Positions 30,555 through 40,356 are shown, counted from the stretch's first letter. The stretch: DNA of 64,000 nucleotides from Candidatus Latescibacterota bacterium (GCA_965204375.1 OZ241986.1:4192001-4256000); one strand, 5' to 3'. A program made the numbers and translations. Notes: generated from the sequence alone by a model not told the origin.

Positions 30555-31333
30555 CAAACCGCCCCTTTCCAGCTCACCCAGGGCGGATTCCCGCTGTCCC
30601 ACAACTGTTCCAAATTGAGCTTGTCCCGAGGCGTATCCATGCAGTGCCAGAACCCGCCATGTCGGTAGGCAGTCAGTTCTCCTTCTGCGGCCAAACGCTG
30701 CATGGGACCGTACTCCCATATCACATCATCGCCATCAATGAGATCGAAAACCTCGGGAGACAGGACGAAGAAGCCACCGTTGATCCACCCGCTTTCTTGC
30801 GGTGGTTTCTCTTCAAAATGCGACACGAGATGCCCGTCCAACTCTATTGTACCGAACCGCCCCATAGGCCGCACGGCCGTGACCGTCGCCATTTTCCCGT
30901 GCGACAAGTGGAAATCAATCACCCGCCGGATATCCAGATCCGTAACCGCATCGCCATAAGTCATACAAAAAGTCTCATCCCCAATATAGTCGCGCACGCG
31001 CCTGATCCGCCCCCCCGTCTGCGTATCCATCCCGGTATCGGCAAGCGTCACGCGCCATGGCTCGACCTGGTCTTTGCCGTAATCGACCTTACCACTGGCA
31101 AGATCGACAAAAACATCGGAAACATAGCTGCGGTAATTGAGGAAATATTGTTTGATCACATCGCCTTTGTATCCCAGGCACACGACAAAATCGGACACCC
31201 CGTGCTGCTGGTATATTTTCATAATATGCCAGAGCATGGGCTGCCCGCCGATCTCGACCATCGGCTTTGGCCTGGTCGTCGTTTCCTCCGCCAGGCGCGT
31301 ACCCAGGCCACCTGCCAGAATAACTGCCTTCAT
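30554..31333 (-). CDS. rfbF: Glucose-1-phosphate cytidylyltransferase
   Basis: ILAGGLGTRLAEET, PKPMVEIGG, TGGRIRR, INGGFFV, FWHCMDT. Confidence 0.95.
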   Translation of the reverse strand: MKAVILAGGLGTRLAEETTTRPKPMVEIGGQPMLWHIMKIYQQHGVSDFVVCLGYKGDVIKQYFLNYRSYVSDVFVDLASGKVDYGKDQVEPWRVTLADTGMDTQTGGRIRRVRDYIGDETFCMTYGDAVTDLDIRRVIDFHLSHGKMATVTAVRPMGRFGTIELDGHLVSHFEEKPPQESGWINGGFFVLSPEVFDLIDGDDVIWEYGPMQRLAAEGELTAYRHGGFWHCMDTPRDKLNLEQLWDSGNPPWVSWKGAV

Positions 31334-31445
31334 ATTTCGTCACTCCCATCGCCTATCAGGCGTTTGTTTTTTATCGCCTCGCACAACATAGATAAATAAT
31401 TTATATTTGTCACCCAAATATTCCCATCAATTTGTACTCAGCCAT

Positions 31446-33242
31446 TTACTCGTCAATCGCTATCCTGCGGCGCAAGATGTACACACCAGAGGCACCGGGA
31501 TCCAGCGGAGAAAAGGCGTGAAAATTCAGTTCGGGTCGCTGCGTCAGATAAAAATGGACTTTGAGCTTGGCGACGACCTCGTAACTCGCTGCGAACTGCT
31601 CCACCGTTCCCTGGCGCAATCCCCCGAAGCCGATAATCCAGTCGGGTGTGTTATGCTCAATGTAGAGCGGTGCCTCTAACTCCGCCACTTTCTCCCTGGG
31701 CAGTGGCGTATTCTCGTCCAGAGTGCAACAATACAGCACGCGGTCGCCGACATAGAAAATCAGCGTTCCACCGTCGGCCAAGCCCGGCACGTACACCAGA
31801 TCGTCTTGCCTGGCATGGGTCAGCAAATAATCGGAAACCATCCGTATGGAATCGCGGTAAGGCCGGTGAATTTCGCGAACGAACTGAAAAAAGTGAAAAC
31901 CAAGCGTTCGCTCACCAGTGAATACCATGCTCAGATTAAACGGATATGCCCCGATACTGGTCAACAGCAGCATAGCTATAGCCGCCGCACCAGCGATCTT
32001 CGATTTTCGCCACACCCACTCAGCAAACAGACCCTTCATCGCCAACAACAACGGCAATGCCCCCACATAGTAGCGCAGATCGGCAAACGGGTTCAACCAT
32101 ACAGGCTGCACCGAGAGCATCGCCGAAAACAGCGCAAACAGCGCGCCCATCAGGATAATTTTTCCTGCCGATGCCAGTGGAAAATCATCTCCGAGTATCT
32201 TTTTTTTAAAGCCTGCACCATCGTCGGTCTGCTGGAATCGTCGCCGTCGCCTTGCCTGTCGCGACGCCTTACTCCCCTGCTTCCGTCGAGATTGCCACAT
32301 GAGCAGTGCCATGCCCACAAACCACAAAAATACCGACCATGAAATCCAGTCGGCAGTGAACAGTTCCCGGATATATATCCATATCCTCTGAAGAAAGAGG
32401 ACAAAAGCGGGGCTATCTCCTCGATATGGCGTTGGTGCTTGACCTGCAAATGCCATAAAGCCACTGCGCTCGCCACCAATGACACCCACCCAGTAGAGGT
32501 ATCCAGTTCCCACCGCGACAACAGCAACGCCGCATAAGGCGAACAGCACCCACTCCCTCAAAGTGGTCGCGCGAGCGCGAAACAGCAAATGATACGCCGA
32601 TAGTGAGAGCATCGTCGCCGCGCCGCCAGCGTAATGGTTAAAGAATGACAACGCTGCCACCACCGCGATAACTGGCAAGTACGCTATATGTCGGCTCCGC
32701 CAGTAACACTCGTACAGATAAAAGATGAGTATCAGCGCGAGCACCATCACCGAAAAGTAGCGGGACTGGCGGAAATACAGCAGCAACTGCGCCGAATAGG
32801 CAGCGAATAAAAAAATAAAAAACATCAGTCGCGGGTAGTTCGACAGGTGCTGGCGCAACAGCAGGTAAAACACACCGAGGGCAACAACTCCAATGACAGC
32901 GTGTACAATACGAGCACCTACCTCATTGACGCCGAACACCGCGAACCCGGCTGCATTCAGCACGTACATCAGCGGCGGCAACACATCGCGCAGATCATCG
33001 TTGAGCGTTCGCCCATTAGTGCCGCCGAGCAGATTGCGCCCGTCCCAGCCAACGATATCGCCCTGTTGCAGCAGAGCCTTGCCAAAAAAGGCGGCATACG
33101 CCTCGTCGTACCACAGCGCGGCGTAGTCCAGATTGACCAGACACAGGTACGCGGCGACCAACAGCACACCTGCGGACGCCGCAGTATATGGCACAGCGCG
33201 CAAACGGTCAGATAGCGAGCGCAGTGCGGCAAAGTCGGGCAT
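31446..33242 (-). CDS. GT-C fold membrane glycosyltransferase, close paralogue of 27719-29479
   Basis: LWYDE, GWDGRNL, PPLMY, RQSRYF; extensive shared blocks with the paralogue. Confidence 0.82.
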   Translation of the reverse strand: MPDFAALRSLSDRLRAVPYTAASAGVLLVAAYLCLVNLDYAALWYDEAYAAFFGKALLQQGDIVGWDGRNLLGGTNGRTLNDDLRDVLPPLMYVLNAAGFAVFGVNEVGARIVHAVIGVVALGVFYLLLRQHLSNYPRLMFFIFLFAAYSAQLLLYFRQSRYFSVMVLALILIFYLYECYWRSRHIAYLPVIAVVAALSFFNHYAGGAATMLSLSAYHLLFRARATTLREWVLFALCGVAVVAVGTGYLYWVGVIGGERSGFMAFAGQAPTPYRGDSPAFVLFLQRIWIYIRELFTADWISWSVFLWFVGMALLMWQSRRKQGSKASRQARRRRRFQQTDDGAGFKKKILGDDFPLASAGKIILMGALFALFSAMLSVQPVWLNPFADLRYYVGALPLLLAMKGLFAEWVWRKSKIAGAAAIAMLLLTSIGAYPFNLSMVFTGERTLGFHFFQFVREIHRPYRDSIRMVSDYLLTHARQDDLVYVPGLADGGTLIFYVGDRVLYCCTLDENTPLPREKVAELEAPLYIEHNTPDWIIGFGGLRQGTVEQFAASYEVVAKLKVHFYLTQRPELNFHAFSPLDPGASGVYILRRRIAIDE

Positions 33243-33251
33243 GATATATCC

Positions 33252-35063
33252 TTATTCGGGTGATTTCGGCGACGTGGCTTTTCGTCGCCTGAGTGCTATG
33301 GAAAACTGCTCTGCGCGCGTGAGGTGCTCCAGGTTGAAACGAATGGGGGGATCATAATAAAACAAACCTACGCCCTCGCACTCGAAGATTTGCGCCGGTT
33401 CACCGAACACAGACCGCACAACATCCTCATCTATCGAACGCGTTGGAAGAAAGTCGCCACATTGTGATGTTTGGCGGGCGTCGGATTGCGACCTCGGTTC
33501 GACGACAAAACGCCTCCCGCGGAAATTGTCGATGACGACCACTTGAAAATCGCCGGTAAAATGGTGCCGGTTGTTCGCATCCCAGGAAATGGCCAGTGGG
33601 GCATCGAAAAAACGATCTCCCAATATACTCAAATTCTCCACGGGCAGCGCCCTGCTTATCGGGTTTTCAGGATCAGCGACGGCATTCCGCAGAAATCCCC
33701 AAATGCCAATACCTCCCGTCCATCCCAGGCGATTGGCGATATCGCGCAAGCAAACCGCATAAGGTGTTTGGAAAGGCGCGAACCGCTGGTAATCGAAACG
33801 CCAGATTTTGATCACAGCCAAGACCGTAGCGATAATCACCAGAGAAACCGGCAGATAGCGACGAAGTTGGGGCTTGATCTTTTCCGACCATCCGGAAAGC
33901 ACAACGAGCAAAGGCCAGCCAACAAACAGAGGAAAAAACAGGAGGGGAAACATATAGCGGGATTCGAAAGCGTACCAGAAAGGGGCAATAATGGCATCTG
34001 GGGAACTCACCAATCCCGTGACAACCATCGCGGATGGCGTAGCAACGACGGATGCAACGACAAATATCGCGGCAAAAGACCGCGTACCATTGTTCGACCG
34101 GGAGAAAACAACCCATCCGAAGCGAATCCAAAGAACGAAAAACAAAATCCAAATCGGTACCAGATGCCAATACAATCGCCCTAACGCTCCCATAAAGTGC
34201 AGAAAGGTCACCAGACTGGCAAATAGATCCTCAAGTCGCAAACTCAAAAATTTTCCGGTATTCAAGCCTTTCTCGAAAGGCCCCAATGTAAGGTGCATCA
34301 CGTACCCGAGCAAGGTCGCCGCCGTCAAAATGACCAACCAGATCGCCGCCGGTCTCGATGGGATGTCTTTTCTCCACCATTGCAGGATAATCGTCAAAAA
34401 GGCTGGCGCAACGAACCACGGCACAATCGTCACATCACTCGCAGCGATCAATGTCAACAGTCCGAACAGCAAGCAGACTTTCGCGCGCGAATATCCCAGG
34501 CAAGTCCACAATAGCCAAGGAACAGCCGACCATGTGCCGCTGTGAATGGGGATCAAAACAATCGCCGGCAAAAACAACTCGTTTTCCCCATACGCCAACA
34601 ACAGAATCTGCACAGCGTAGGCCAACGGTACAGCACCCTGCACGAGCGGGCCAGCACCCAGACAGCGACACACCAAAATCCAACCTGCTGCACCCAAAGC
34701 GTGCAGCAGAAAACCGCACAAAAACCAGACCACATCCGGTGGAAACATCGCCGCGAGTGCGAACCACAGAACCATGCAGGGGAAATACATTGGCGCGACC
34801 CCGGTTCGGACACCATCTGGTGAAAGACCGCGAATAAAGATATCGTTGTATATCTCTTGAAAGAACCAAAAATCCCCGGTGAAAAGATTTTCTGAGACAA
34901 CCACACCGTCAGAAAACCCACCCAACAAAGCAACATAAGACAACAGCAGTACCACGCTTCCAACCAGCAGGTGCGACCACGCCCATGGTGGATAGACGAT
35001 ATCGGATGGAATTTCAGGAACCTTGTGAAGCGGACGACGACGGCGTTTGTGTTTGTTATCCAT
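33252..35063 (-). CDS. Polytopic membrane protein, probable divergent GT-C transferase
   Basis: About 11-12 hydrophobic segments, acidic motif after TM1 (FTGD), SRY in a late loop, periplasmic C-terminus. Confidence 0.6.
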   Translation of the reverse strand: MDNKHKRRRRPLHKVPEIPSDIVYPPWAWSHLLVGSVVLLLSYVALLGGFSDGVVVSENLFTGDFWFFQEIYNDIFIRGLSPDGVRTGVAPMYFPCMVLWFALAAMFPPDVVWFLCGFLLHALGAAGWILVCRCLGAGPLVQGAVPLAYAVQILLLAYGENELFLPAIVLIPIHSGTWSAVPWLLWTCLGYSRAKVCLLFGLLTLIAASDVTIVPWFVAPAFLTIILQWWRKDIPSRPAAIWLVILTAATLLGYVMHLTLGPFEKGLNTGKFLSLRLEDLFASLVTFLHFMGALGRLYWHLVPIWILFFVLWIRFGWVVFSRSNNGTRSFAAIFVVASVVATPSAMVVTGLVSSPDAIIAPFWYAFESRYMFPLLFFPLFVGWPLLVVLSGWSEKIKPQLRRYLPVSLVIIATVLAVIKIWRFDYQRFAPFQTPYAVCLRDIANRLGWTGGIGIWGFLRNAVADPENPISRALPVENLSILGDRFFDAPLAISWDANNRHHFTGDFQVVVIDNFRGRRFVVEPRSQSDARQTSQCGDFLPTRSIDEDVVRSVFGEPAQIFECEGVGLFYYDPPIRFNLEHLTRAEQFSIALRRRKATSPKSPE

Positions 35064-35103
35064 ATTTTCCGAAATGTTAGAGGACTATTTTTTTACAGCA
35101 TTT

Positions 35104-36075
35104 TTAACTCTGCAAATAGGCATCATAAGCGGCAAAAATCATCTCCCGATCACTCTGGCTCGGCTGCCAGCCAAGCATTTCACACGCCCTGGTCGTATCG
35201 AGAATCAAGTTCTTATCGGCAATCAAATATTGTTCTTTATAAAGCGGCTCAATACCCATTGTCGCCAGGCCCGAAAGTGCGGTATGCATCAATTTAACTG
35301 GCGTACTCAGGACGAGAGAATGCGAGCCAGCGTGCTGCACGAGATCGCGCATCAATTGTTTGACCGTGCGCTCGGGTACCGAACCCAAATTAAAACACCC
35401 TTTGGGAAATGCATTTTTGTACGCCAGAAGCACGGCACGGGCGCAATCTTCAACCGATACCATCTGGTAATAATTATCTCCCGACCCGATCAGCGGTATG
35501 GGCAAATGATACCGGATGAGTTTGAATAACTTAACAAAAACGCCGAGCCTGCCCGGTCCAGCAATCAGGCGCGGGCGAAATATCGTAAGCCTGAGACCCG
35601 TCTTTCTGGCCTTCTCCGTCAGCGCCGCTTCCATCAATTTTTTTGACATCCCATACGCCCCATTGGGACGTAGTAAATGGCTTTCCTCAACCGGCACAGT
35701 TTCAGGCATGCCATACACCATATCCGAAGAAAACTGCACCAGACCAGCCGCGCGTTTCTCAATCGCCAAATCTGCAATATGGCACGCGCCCTTAAAATTA
35801 ACCGCATGAAACCACGTCTGTCGGTTCGCGCGTGGAATGTCGAGATGATATTGCCGCGCTGCGAGATTTACGAAAACAGCACCATCTGGCAATTGGTCGG
35901 TCAGCAATGCGACCGAATGCGGATCAGAAATATCAATTTGAAAATAGGGCCTGCCACATTCGCGCGGCACCTCGCTATCCACAACAATTGCAGGTAGCCC
36001 AGCCGCACGCAGTTGACGAATGAGAACCTGGCCGACAAAACCCGCGCCCCCGAATACCACAAACACATTATCCAT
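35104..36075 (-). CDS. NAD-dependent epimerase/dehydratase
   Basis: GGAGFVG, SSDMVYG, YGMSK. Confidence 0.88.
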   Translation of the reverse strand: MDNVFVVFGGAGFVGQVLIRQLRAAGLPAIVVDSEVPRECGRPYFQIDISDPHSVALLTDQLPDGAVFVNLAARQYHLDIPRANRQTWFHAVNFKGACHIADLAIEKRAAGLVQFSSDMVYGMPETVPVEESHLLRPNGAYGMSKKLMEAALTEKARKTGLRLTIFRPRLIAGPGRLGVFVKLFKLIRYHLPIPLIGSGDNYYQMVSVEDCARAVLLAYKNAFPKGCFNLGSVPERTVKQLMRDLVQHAGSHSLVLSTPVKLMHTALSGLATMGIEPLYKEQYLIADKNLILDTTRACEMLGWQPSQSDREMIFAAYDAYLQS

Positions 36076-36508
36076 CTTTTGTAATCCCCAGAGACAAGCA
36101 CAATAGTCCGAAGAAAATCAACACCAGCCCCAACATATTGATCGGCTTCACGACTTCACCCAAAAATATATAGGCAATCACCGAACTCAGAATATAGCCC
36201 GCTGCCTGAAATGGGTAGGCAAGCGAAACTTGTAACCGGGACAGCACATAGAGCCAGATTACGATACTGACAGCATAACAAGCCAGGCCTGCCCAAAACG
36301 ACAACAAGGACACCAGTTGACTCGCCCATTTCAGGCTCAGCTCAAATCCCGTCACTTTCATACCGGCGCGCAGAAAGACTTGCGCCAGTGCGTTTAGCGC
36401 GACAGGTATGAGTACTATACCGATCAAACTTATCTTTGCTATGACGCTTCTCCTATTTCTTTTTTCCCGTCTGAATACCAGCACGCTTGAGCTTTGCCCG
36501 ATACTCAT
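36068..36508 (-). CDS. SMR/EamA-like small transporter (ArnE/ArnF-type flippase); start uncertain
   Basis: Four TM helices, WLYVLSRLQVSLAYP, FLGE. Confidence 0.8.
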   Translation of the reverse strand: MSIGQSSSVLVFRREKRNRRSVIAKISLIGIVLIPVALNALAQVFLRAGMKVTGFELSLKWASQLVSLLSFWAGLACYAVSIVIWLYVLSRLQVSLAYPFQAAGYILSSVIAYIFLGEVVKPINMLGLVLIFFGLLCLSLGITKDG

Positions 36509-36538
36509 CGGACCGTGGTTGGTACCCAGCCAAAAAAA

Positions 36539-38179
36539 TCAAAAGTCTATGAAGCGGATGCCACTATTGGGCGGGGGTTCTGGCGCATTGGGATTGATGC
36601 GCGTCATGATCTGATCCAAACCGCCGATGATAATCGGATTGTACCCCTCCCATTGGCGGATAGGCGCATCATTCTCGTCGCGGCGCCAGATCTGGACATC
36701 CCCAAATTTCTTCTCCACCGAATAGCCGGGAATGGTGAGATTGGCATTCTCCGACACAATATGGCTGACCGATGCCCCGATCGTCTCCATATCCTTATTT
36801 ATAACACGCCCTGAAAACGCATCGTAAAACGGAATCTCCCGGTGCAAATAATAATAGCCGGGAAGATTGAAATACGGTCGGTCAACCTGCCACACGCCCA
36901 GAACACCGGGCGCGCGGGCGAGGTAGCGATACGCGGCAAAAATCGGATCCTGACCGCGGATAAACCCCACCTTCCCCGTCTCCTTGGAAAAAGCGCGATA
37001 CACCTGATCCTGGGACGGCAGCGCATTCAGAACCCCACCTATCGAAACCGCCGCGAACAAAACGCCCACCACGCCCCAAACGCGCTTATTCCCGCGAGCC
37101 ACAAATCGCGCCACCACATCTGCGCCAATCACAAGCCACAGCGGAACAACTGCAAAAACGAACCGGTACTCCTTGTGCGCCTGCACAGAATGAACCAGCA
37201 ACACCAGAGCCACCATCGCCAGCAAAAACCCATAACGCCGCACATCGCGCAGTGCGACAACCACACAAAGCGCACCCAACCCGACACTCGCCAGCAAAAA
37301 CCACCACAAAAACTGATATCCCGGGGACTCGCCAGCGCGCCCCTGATCAACGATGAGATTGAAACGGATATTCGCAATATAGGAATGAAACAAACCGCCA
37401 TCCCACGTCATCGCATCAAACAGGCCCACCGCCAACAGAAACACACCTGCAGCAACCGCGAGATGAACCCTCTTCTCCGTCCTCAAAAAGAACACACCCA
37501 AAAGCAACAACGCAATCGGCGCGTATTGCAACCGCACCGCCGCCGCTATCACCGCTATGAGCGCCATCAGCCAAACCATCCCCACCCTATCCACCGACGA
37601 CCGCACACACAGCACCAACAACACCATCAGCAAAGCCGTAGCCACAAACTCCGTCATCGGCTTGTGGGCAAACCCCACCAACTCATACCAGAACGCACCC
37701 GCCAATAGCGCGACCCGCGCCGATGGCTCCCCAAAATGCCGCCGCGCAAAAAAATACATCCCAACCGGAATCAGCAGAGAAACCGCACAAAACATCAGCT
37801 TGACACCGCCCACATACCAGAACGGCTCGCCGAGCAAGACAACGTCAAACACCTTCAACATCCCGGCAACCATGCCCGGCACCAGCCATGCACGCGCCCC
37901 GTAGAAAAACTCCCAATAAGTAACCCCATGACCAAAAATTAGGCGATGCGCCGGCTCCAAATACTGCATCACCTCATCCGGGTGCAAAACAAAATCGCCA
38001 CACAGCGCAATCGCCGCACGCACCGCAAATGCCAAAACAAGCACCGGCAGCAAAAACTTATAGGGCCGTTCATCGGGCGTCTGCAAATGCAATAATCGAT
38101 CCACCACAGACAACCTCTGCCGATCCCCGTGCGAATCGCGACGCGTCCTCCTCGTCTTCCTTCTTCTTGCCATTCTCAC
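36539..38179 (-). CDS. GT22 (PIG-B/Alg9-like) mannosyltransferase-family membrane protein
   Basis: HPDEVMQYLEPAHRLIFGHGVTYWEF and HKEYRF motifs. Confidence 0.8.
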   Translation of the reverse strand: MRMARRRKTRRTRRDSHGDRQRLSVVDRLLHLQTPDERPYKFLLPVLVLAFAVRAAIALCGDFVLHPDEVMQYLEPAHRLIFGHGVTYWEFFYGARAWLVPGMVAGMLKVFDVVLLGEPFWYVGGVKLMFCAVSLLIPVGMYFFARRHFGEPSARVALLAGAFWYELVGFAHKPMTEFVATALLMVLLVLCVRSSVDRVGMVWLMALIAVIAAAVRLQYAPIALLLLGVFFLRTEKRVHLAVAAGVFLLAVGLFDAMTWDGGLFHSYIANIRFNLIVDQGRAGESPGYQFLWWFLLASVGLGALCVVVALRDVRRYGFLLAMVALVLLVHSVQAHKEYRFVFAVVPLWLVIGADVVARFVARGNKRVWGVVGVLFAAVSIGGVLNALPSQDQVYRAFSKETGKVGFIRGQDPIFAAYRYLARAPGVLGVWQVDRPYFNLPGYYYLHREIPFYDAFSGRVINKDMETIGASVSHIVSENANLTIPGYSVEKKFGDVQIWRRDENDAPIRQWEGYNPIIIGGLDQIMTRINPNAPEPPPNSGIRFIDF

Positions 38180-38371
38180 CCTTTTCCCACTTAACTTTCA
38201 ACCATTCCCTACAACGGATAAAAAACAAACACCTCACGGGTCGGCAAAAAGCCCTGTCCGACCTGGAGGCACTTGAAGAAAGATAGAAACCTTCTGGGTC
38301 GCGGCTAACGGCATGCCGCGATGACGGCTTTGGTTGAGGCATGAGGTTGAGGCATTATCGGTCTCCAGTAA

Positions 38372-38689
38372 TTAACGGCTGGCGGGTGCTCGGCCTGATA
38401 TGGCTTCGCGCAATCCCTCCAGTAATCCTTCCAATTTCGCCTGTTGGCGCTCCATCGTGCCCATCCGCGCTTCCAACCTCTCAAATCGCGCATCCATTTG
38501 ATCCAATCGCGCATCCATTTGATCAAGCCGTCCATCCATTTGATCAAGCCGTCCATCCATTTGATCAAACCGCGCATTCATCCCCTCACGTAGCCGTGCT
38601 TCTAAGCTCTTTGTATCCTCACGGGCATTCTTTTGACCATTCAAAATCAAACCCGCAAGACCAACGCCAACAGCGATAATTGTTATCAT
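38372..38689 (-). CDS. Small coiled-coil protein with N-terminal TM helix and 7-aa tandem repeats
   Basis: (RLDQMDG/A)n encoded by 21-bp tandem repeats at ~38492-38570. Confidence 0.7.
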   Translation of the reverse strand: MITIIAVGVGLAGLILNGQKNAREDTKSLEARLREGMNARFDQMDGRLDQMDGRLDQMDARLDQMDARFERLEARMGTMERQQAKLEGLLEGLREAISGRAPASR

Positions 38690-38896
38690 TTCTGTCCTGA
38701 CTGCCTCATTTATTTTATTCCAACCTCAATAATATCGAATATAAGAAATATAGAGGGAAAGAACAAAGGCAAATACCGTCTGAATCAGGATTTACTGGAT
38801 TATAGGATGGACAGGATAAAAGCAAAAACAAAGGCAAAACCTCTGGATCGCGGCTAAGCCTGCCCCCCGTATGAAAGCACTATGAAATCATGCGCG

Positions 38897-39217
38897 TCAT
38901 GCATCCAACGCTTGCTCAAATGCCTCAAGGCTGGAGACCTGGATCGCAGCACGGTGCAACTGCTTCAGGCGTTGCAAATCGTCAATCTCGGCAATGCGAG
39001 CAGATAAGGGGTGCGCTTCGCTCAGGTCAAATCGAATCTCCAACACTTCGAGAATCGCTTCGATCGTGCTTCTTCTTTCACCTTGCTCAATGCCTTCCTC
39101 TCTGCCTTGTTCAATACCTTGCTCAATACCTTGCTCAATACCTTGCTCAATACCTTGCTCAATACCCAGTTGCTTAATGTATTGTGCAAACGATGACTCG
39201 CGCATAATGGCATCCAT
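38897..39217 (-). CDS. Putative internally initiated small C-terminal product of Rpn (RpnS-like, 106 aa)
   Basis: AGGAGG 5 nt upstream of an in-frame ATG at 39217 (MDAIMRES...). Confidence 0.6.
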   Translation of the reverse strand: MDAIMRESSFAQYIKQLGIEQGIEQGIEQGIEQGIEQGREEGIEQGERRSTIEAILEVLEIRFDLSEAHPLSARIAEIDDLQRLKQLHRAAIQVSSLEAFEQALDA

Positions 39218-39850
39218 AAGACCCTCCTGTAATAGAATACGATTGATCAGGCTCGGATCATACTCTAACCCACTCAATATCATCAACCTGCCCAAAAAGT
39301 CAACCTTTATTGATTCATCCACCGGCAAGGCATTCGTCGTGTCAACACATTGGTGTAACCACGCCTCCGAATCTATCCCAGCAGGACGTTTCATCAACGA
39401 TGCAAACGGAAACAAGCCCGAAGGTCCGCCATCAATAATCTCCTGTCCCTCTATCTCACTCAACCGAATCACTGTGTATTTGATCACAACAAGATGGCCG
39501 GATATTTCCTGAATAAAGTGCCCTGGATCGCGCCGACCTGCATTGCGCCGCAAATAGATCACGCTGGAGTAAATCGGCAGACCGTGCTGCTCTATCGCAC
39601 GTATAATATAGCCCGCCATGCGGAGCGGCATAGATGGATCGTCAGTGGTTTGAAACTCGTGATGCACCAATGCCTCCTTACCCGCGATATGAACGCGGAT
39701 GAGGCTATCGGTATGTCGTGTTTCAACTGTGTTTTGCTCTGTGTCGAGTATGTCGAGGACTTCTACATCGTCCTGTCCAAGCGTGAAGTGGATGAAGTCT
39801 TTGGGATAGGTCTGGATGAGATGTTTGGAGATGGTGTCATATTCGGCCAT
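38897..39850 (-). CDS. Rpn/YhgA-like PD-(D/E)XK nuclease
   Basis: YDTISKHL, TDSL...HHEFQT, RMAGY, (GIEQ)n 12-bp repeats, C-terminal LEIRF...L helix domain. Confidence 0.85.
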   Translation of the reverse strand: MAEYDTISKHLIQTYPKDFIHFTLGQDDVEVLDILDTEQNTVETRHTDSLIRVHIAGKEALVHHEFQTTDDPSMPLRMAGYIIRAIEQHGLPIYSSVIYLRRNAGRRDPGHFIQEISGHLVVIKYTVIRLSEIEGQEIIDGGPSGLFPFASLMKRPAGIDSEAWLHQCVDTTNALPVDESIKVDFLGRLMILSGLEYDPSLINRILLQEGLMDAIMRESSFAQYIKQLGIEQGIEQGIEQGIEQGIEQGREEGIEQGERRSTIEAILEVLEIRFDLSEAHPLSARIAEIDDLQRLKQLHRAAIQVSSLEAFEQALDA

Positions 39851-40157
39851 GTGGAATGCCCTGAGTCTGATGGGTGAATTCTATTTTAAAACACACGCAA
39901 CAGTCAGACCCTGAGCAAATATCGAGCCAACATCACAGAATTGAGCGATAAATCGTATGGACAGAAGCTCAAGAACCCTCATCAGGCTTTTAATATGCTA
40001 TATTGCGTCCTTAACTTGAATGTACGGATCGCCTTTGAGGCACATACAAACCGAACGCGCCGGGATGTAAAAGTGTAAGTTCTGATCCATGAAGGGTGGG
40101 ATATCGTGAAAAATATGTACCTTTGCCTCATCGCATCGTCACTGGGATCACCACAGC

Positions 40158-40196
40158 AAAAAGCCGCTCGCAATAACTTTAGCAAGCGGCCTTTTT
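40158..40196. terminator. Bidirectional intrinsic terminator
   Basis: AAAAAGCCGCTCGC...GCAAGCGGCCTTTTT. Confidence 0.7.
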
Positions 40197-40356
40197 CATA
40201 ATATTAATTGTATAGGCGAGATAAAAACTTCTGGATCGCGGCTAAGCCTGCCCCCCGTATGAAAGCACTACGGGGCAGGCTATGCATGATTTAAGCATCG
40301 GATCATACTCTAACCCACTCAATATCATCAACCTGCCCAATACGAATCGAGATGTG

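Noticed and set aside
39860-40200. Possible small gene or ncRNA upstream of Rpn
   Set aside because: Short open frames lack convincing starts or recognisable motifs; only a terminator-like hairpin is supported
39253-40340. 43-bp duplicate as a diversity-generating retroelement TR/VR pair
   Set aside because: The copies are identical (no adenine-specific changes), too short, and there is no reverse transcriptase
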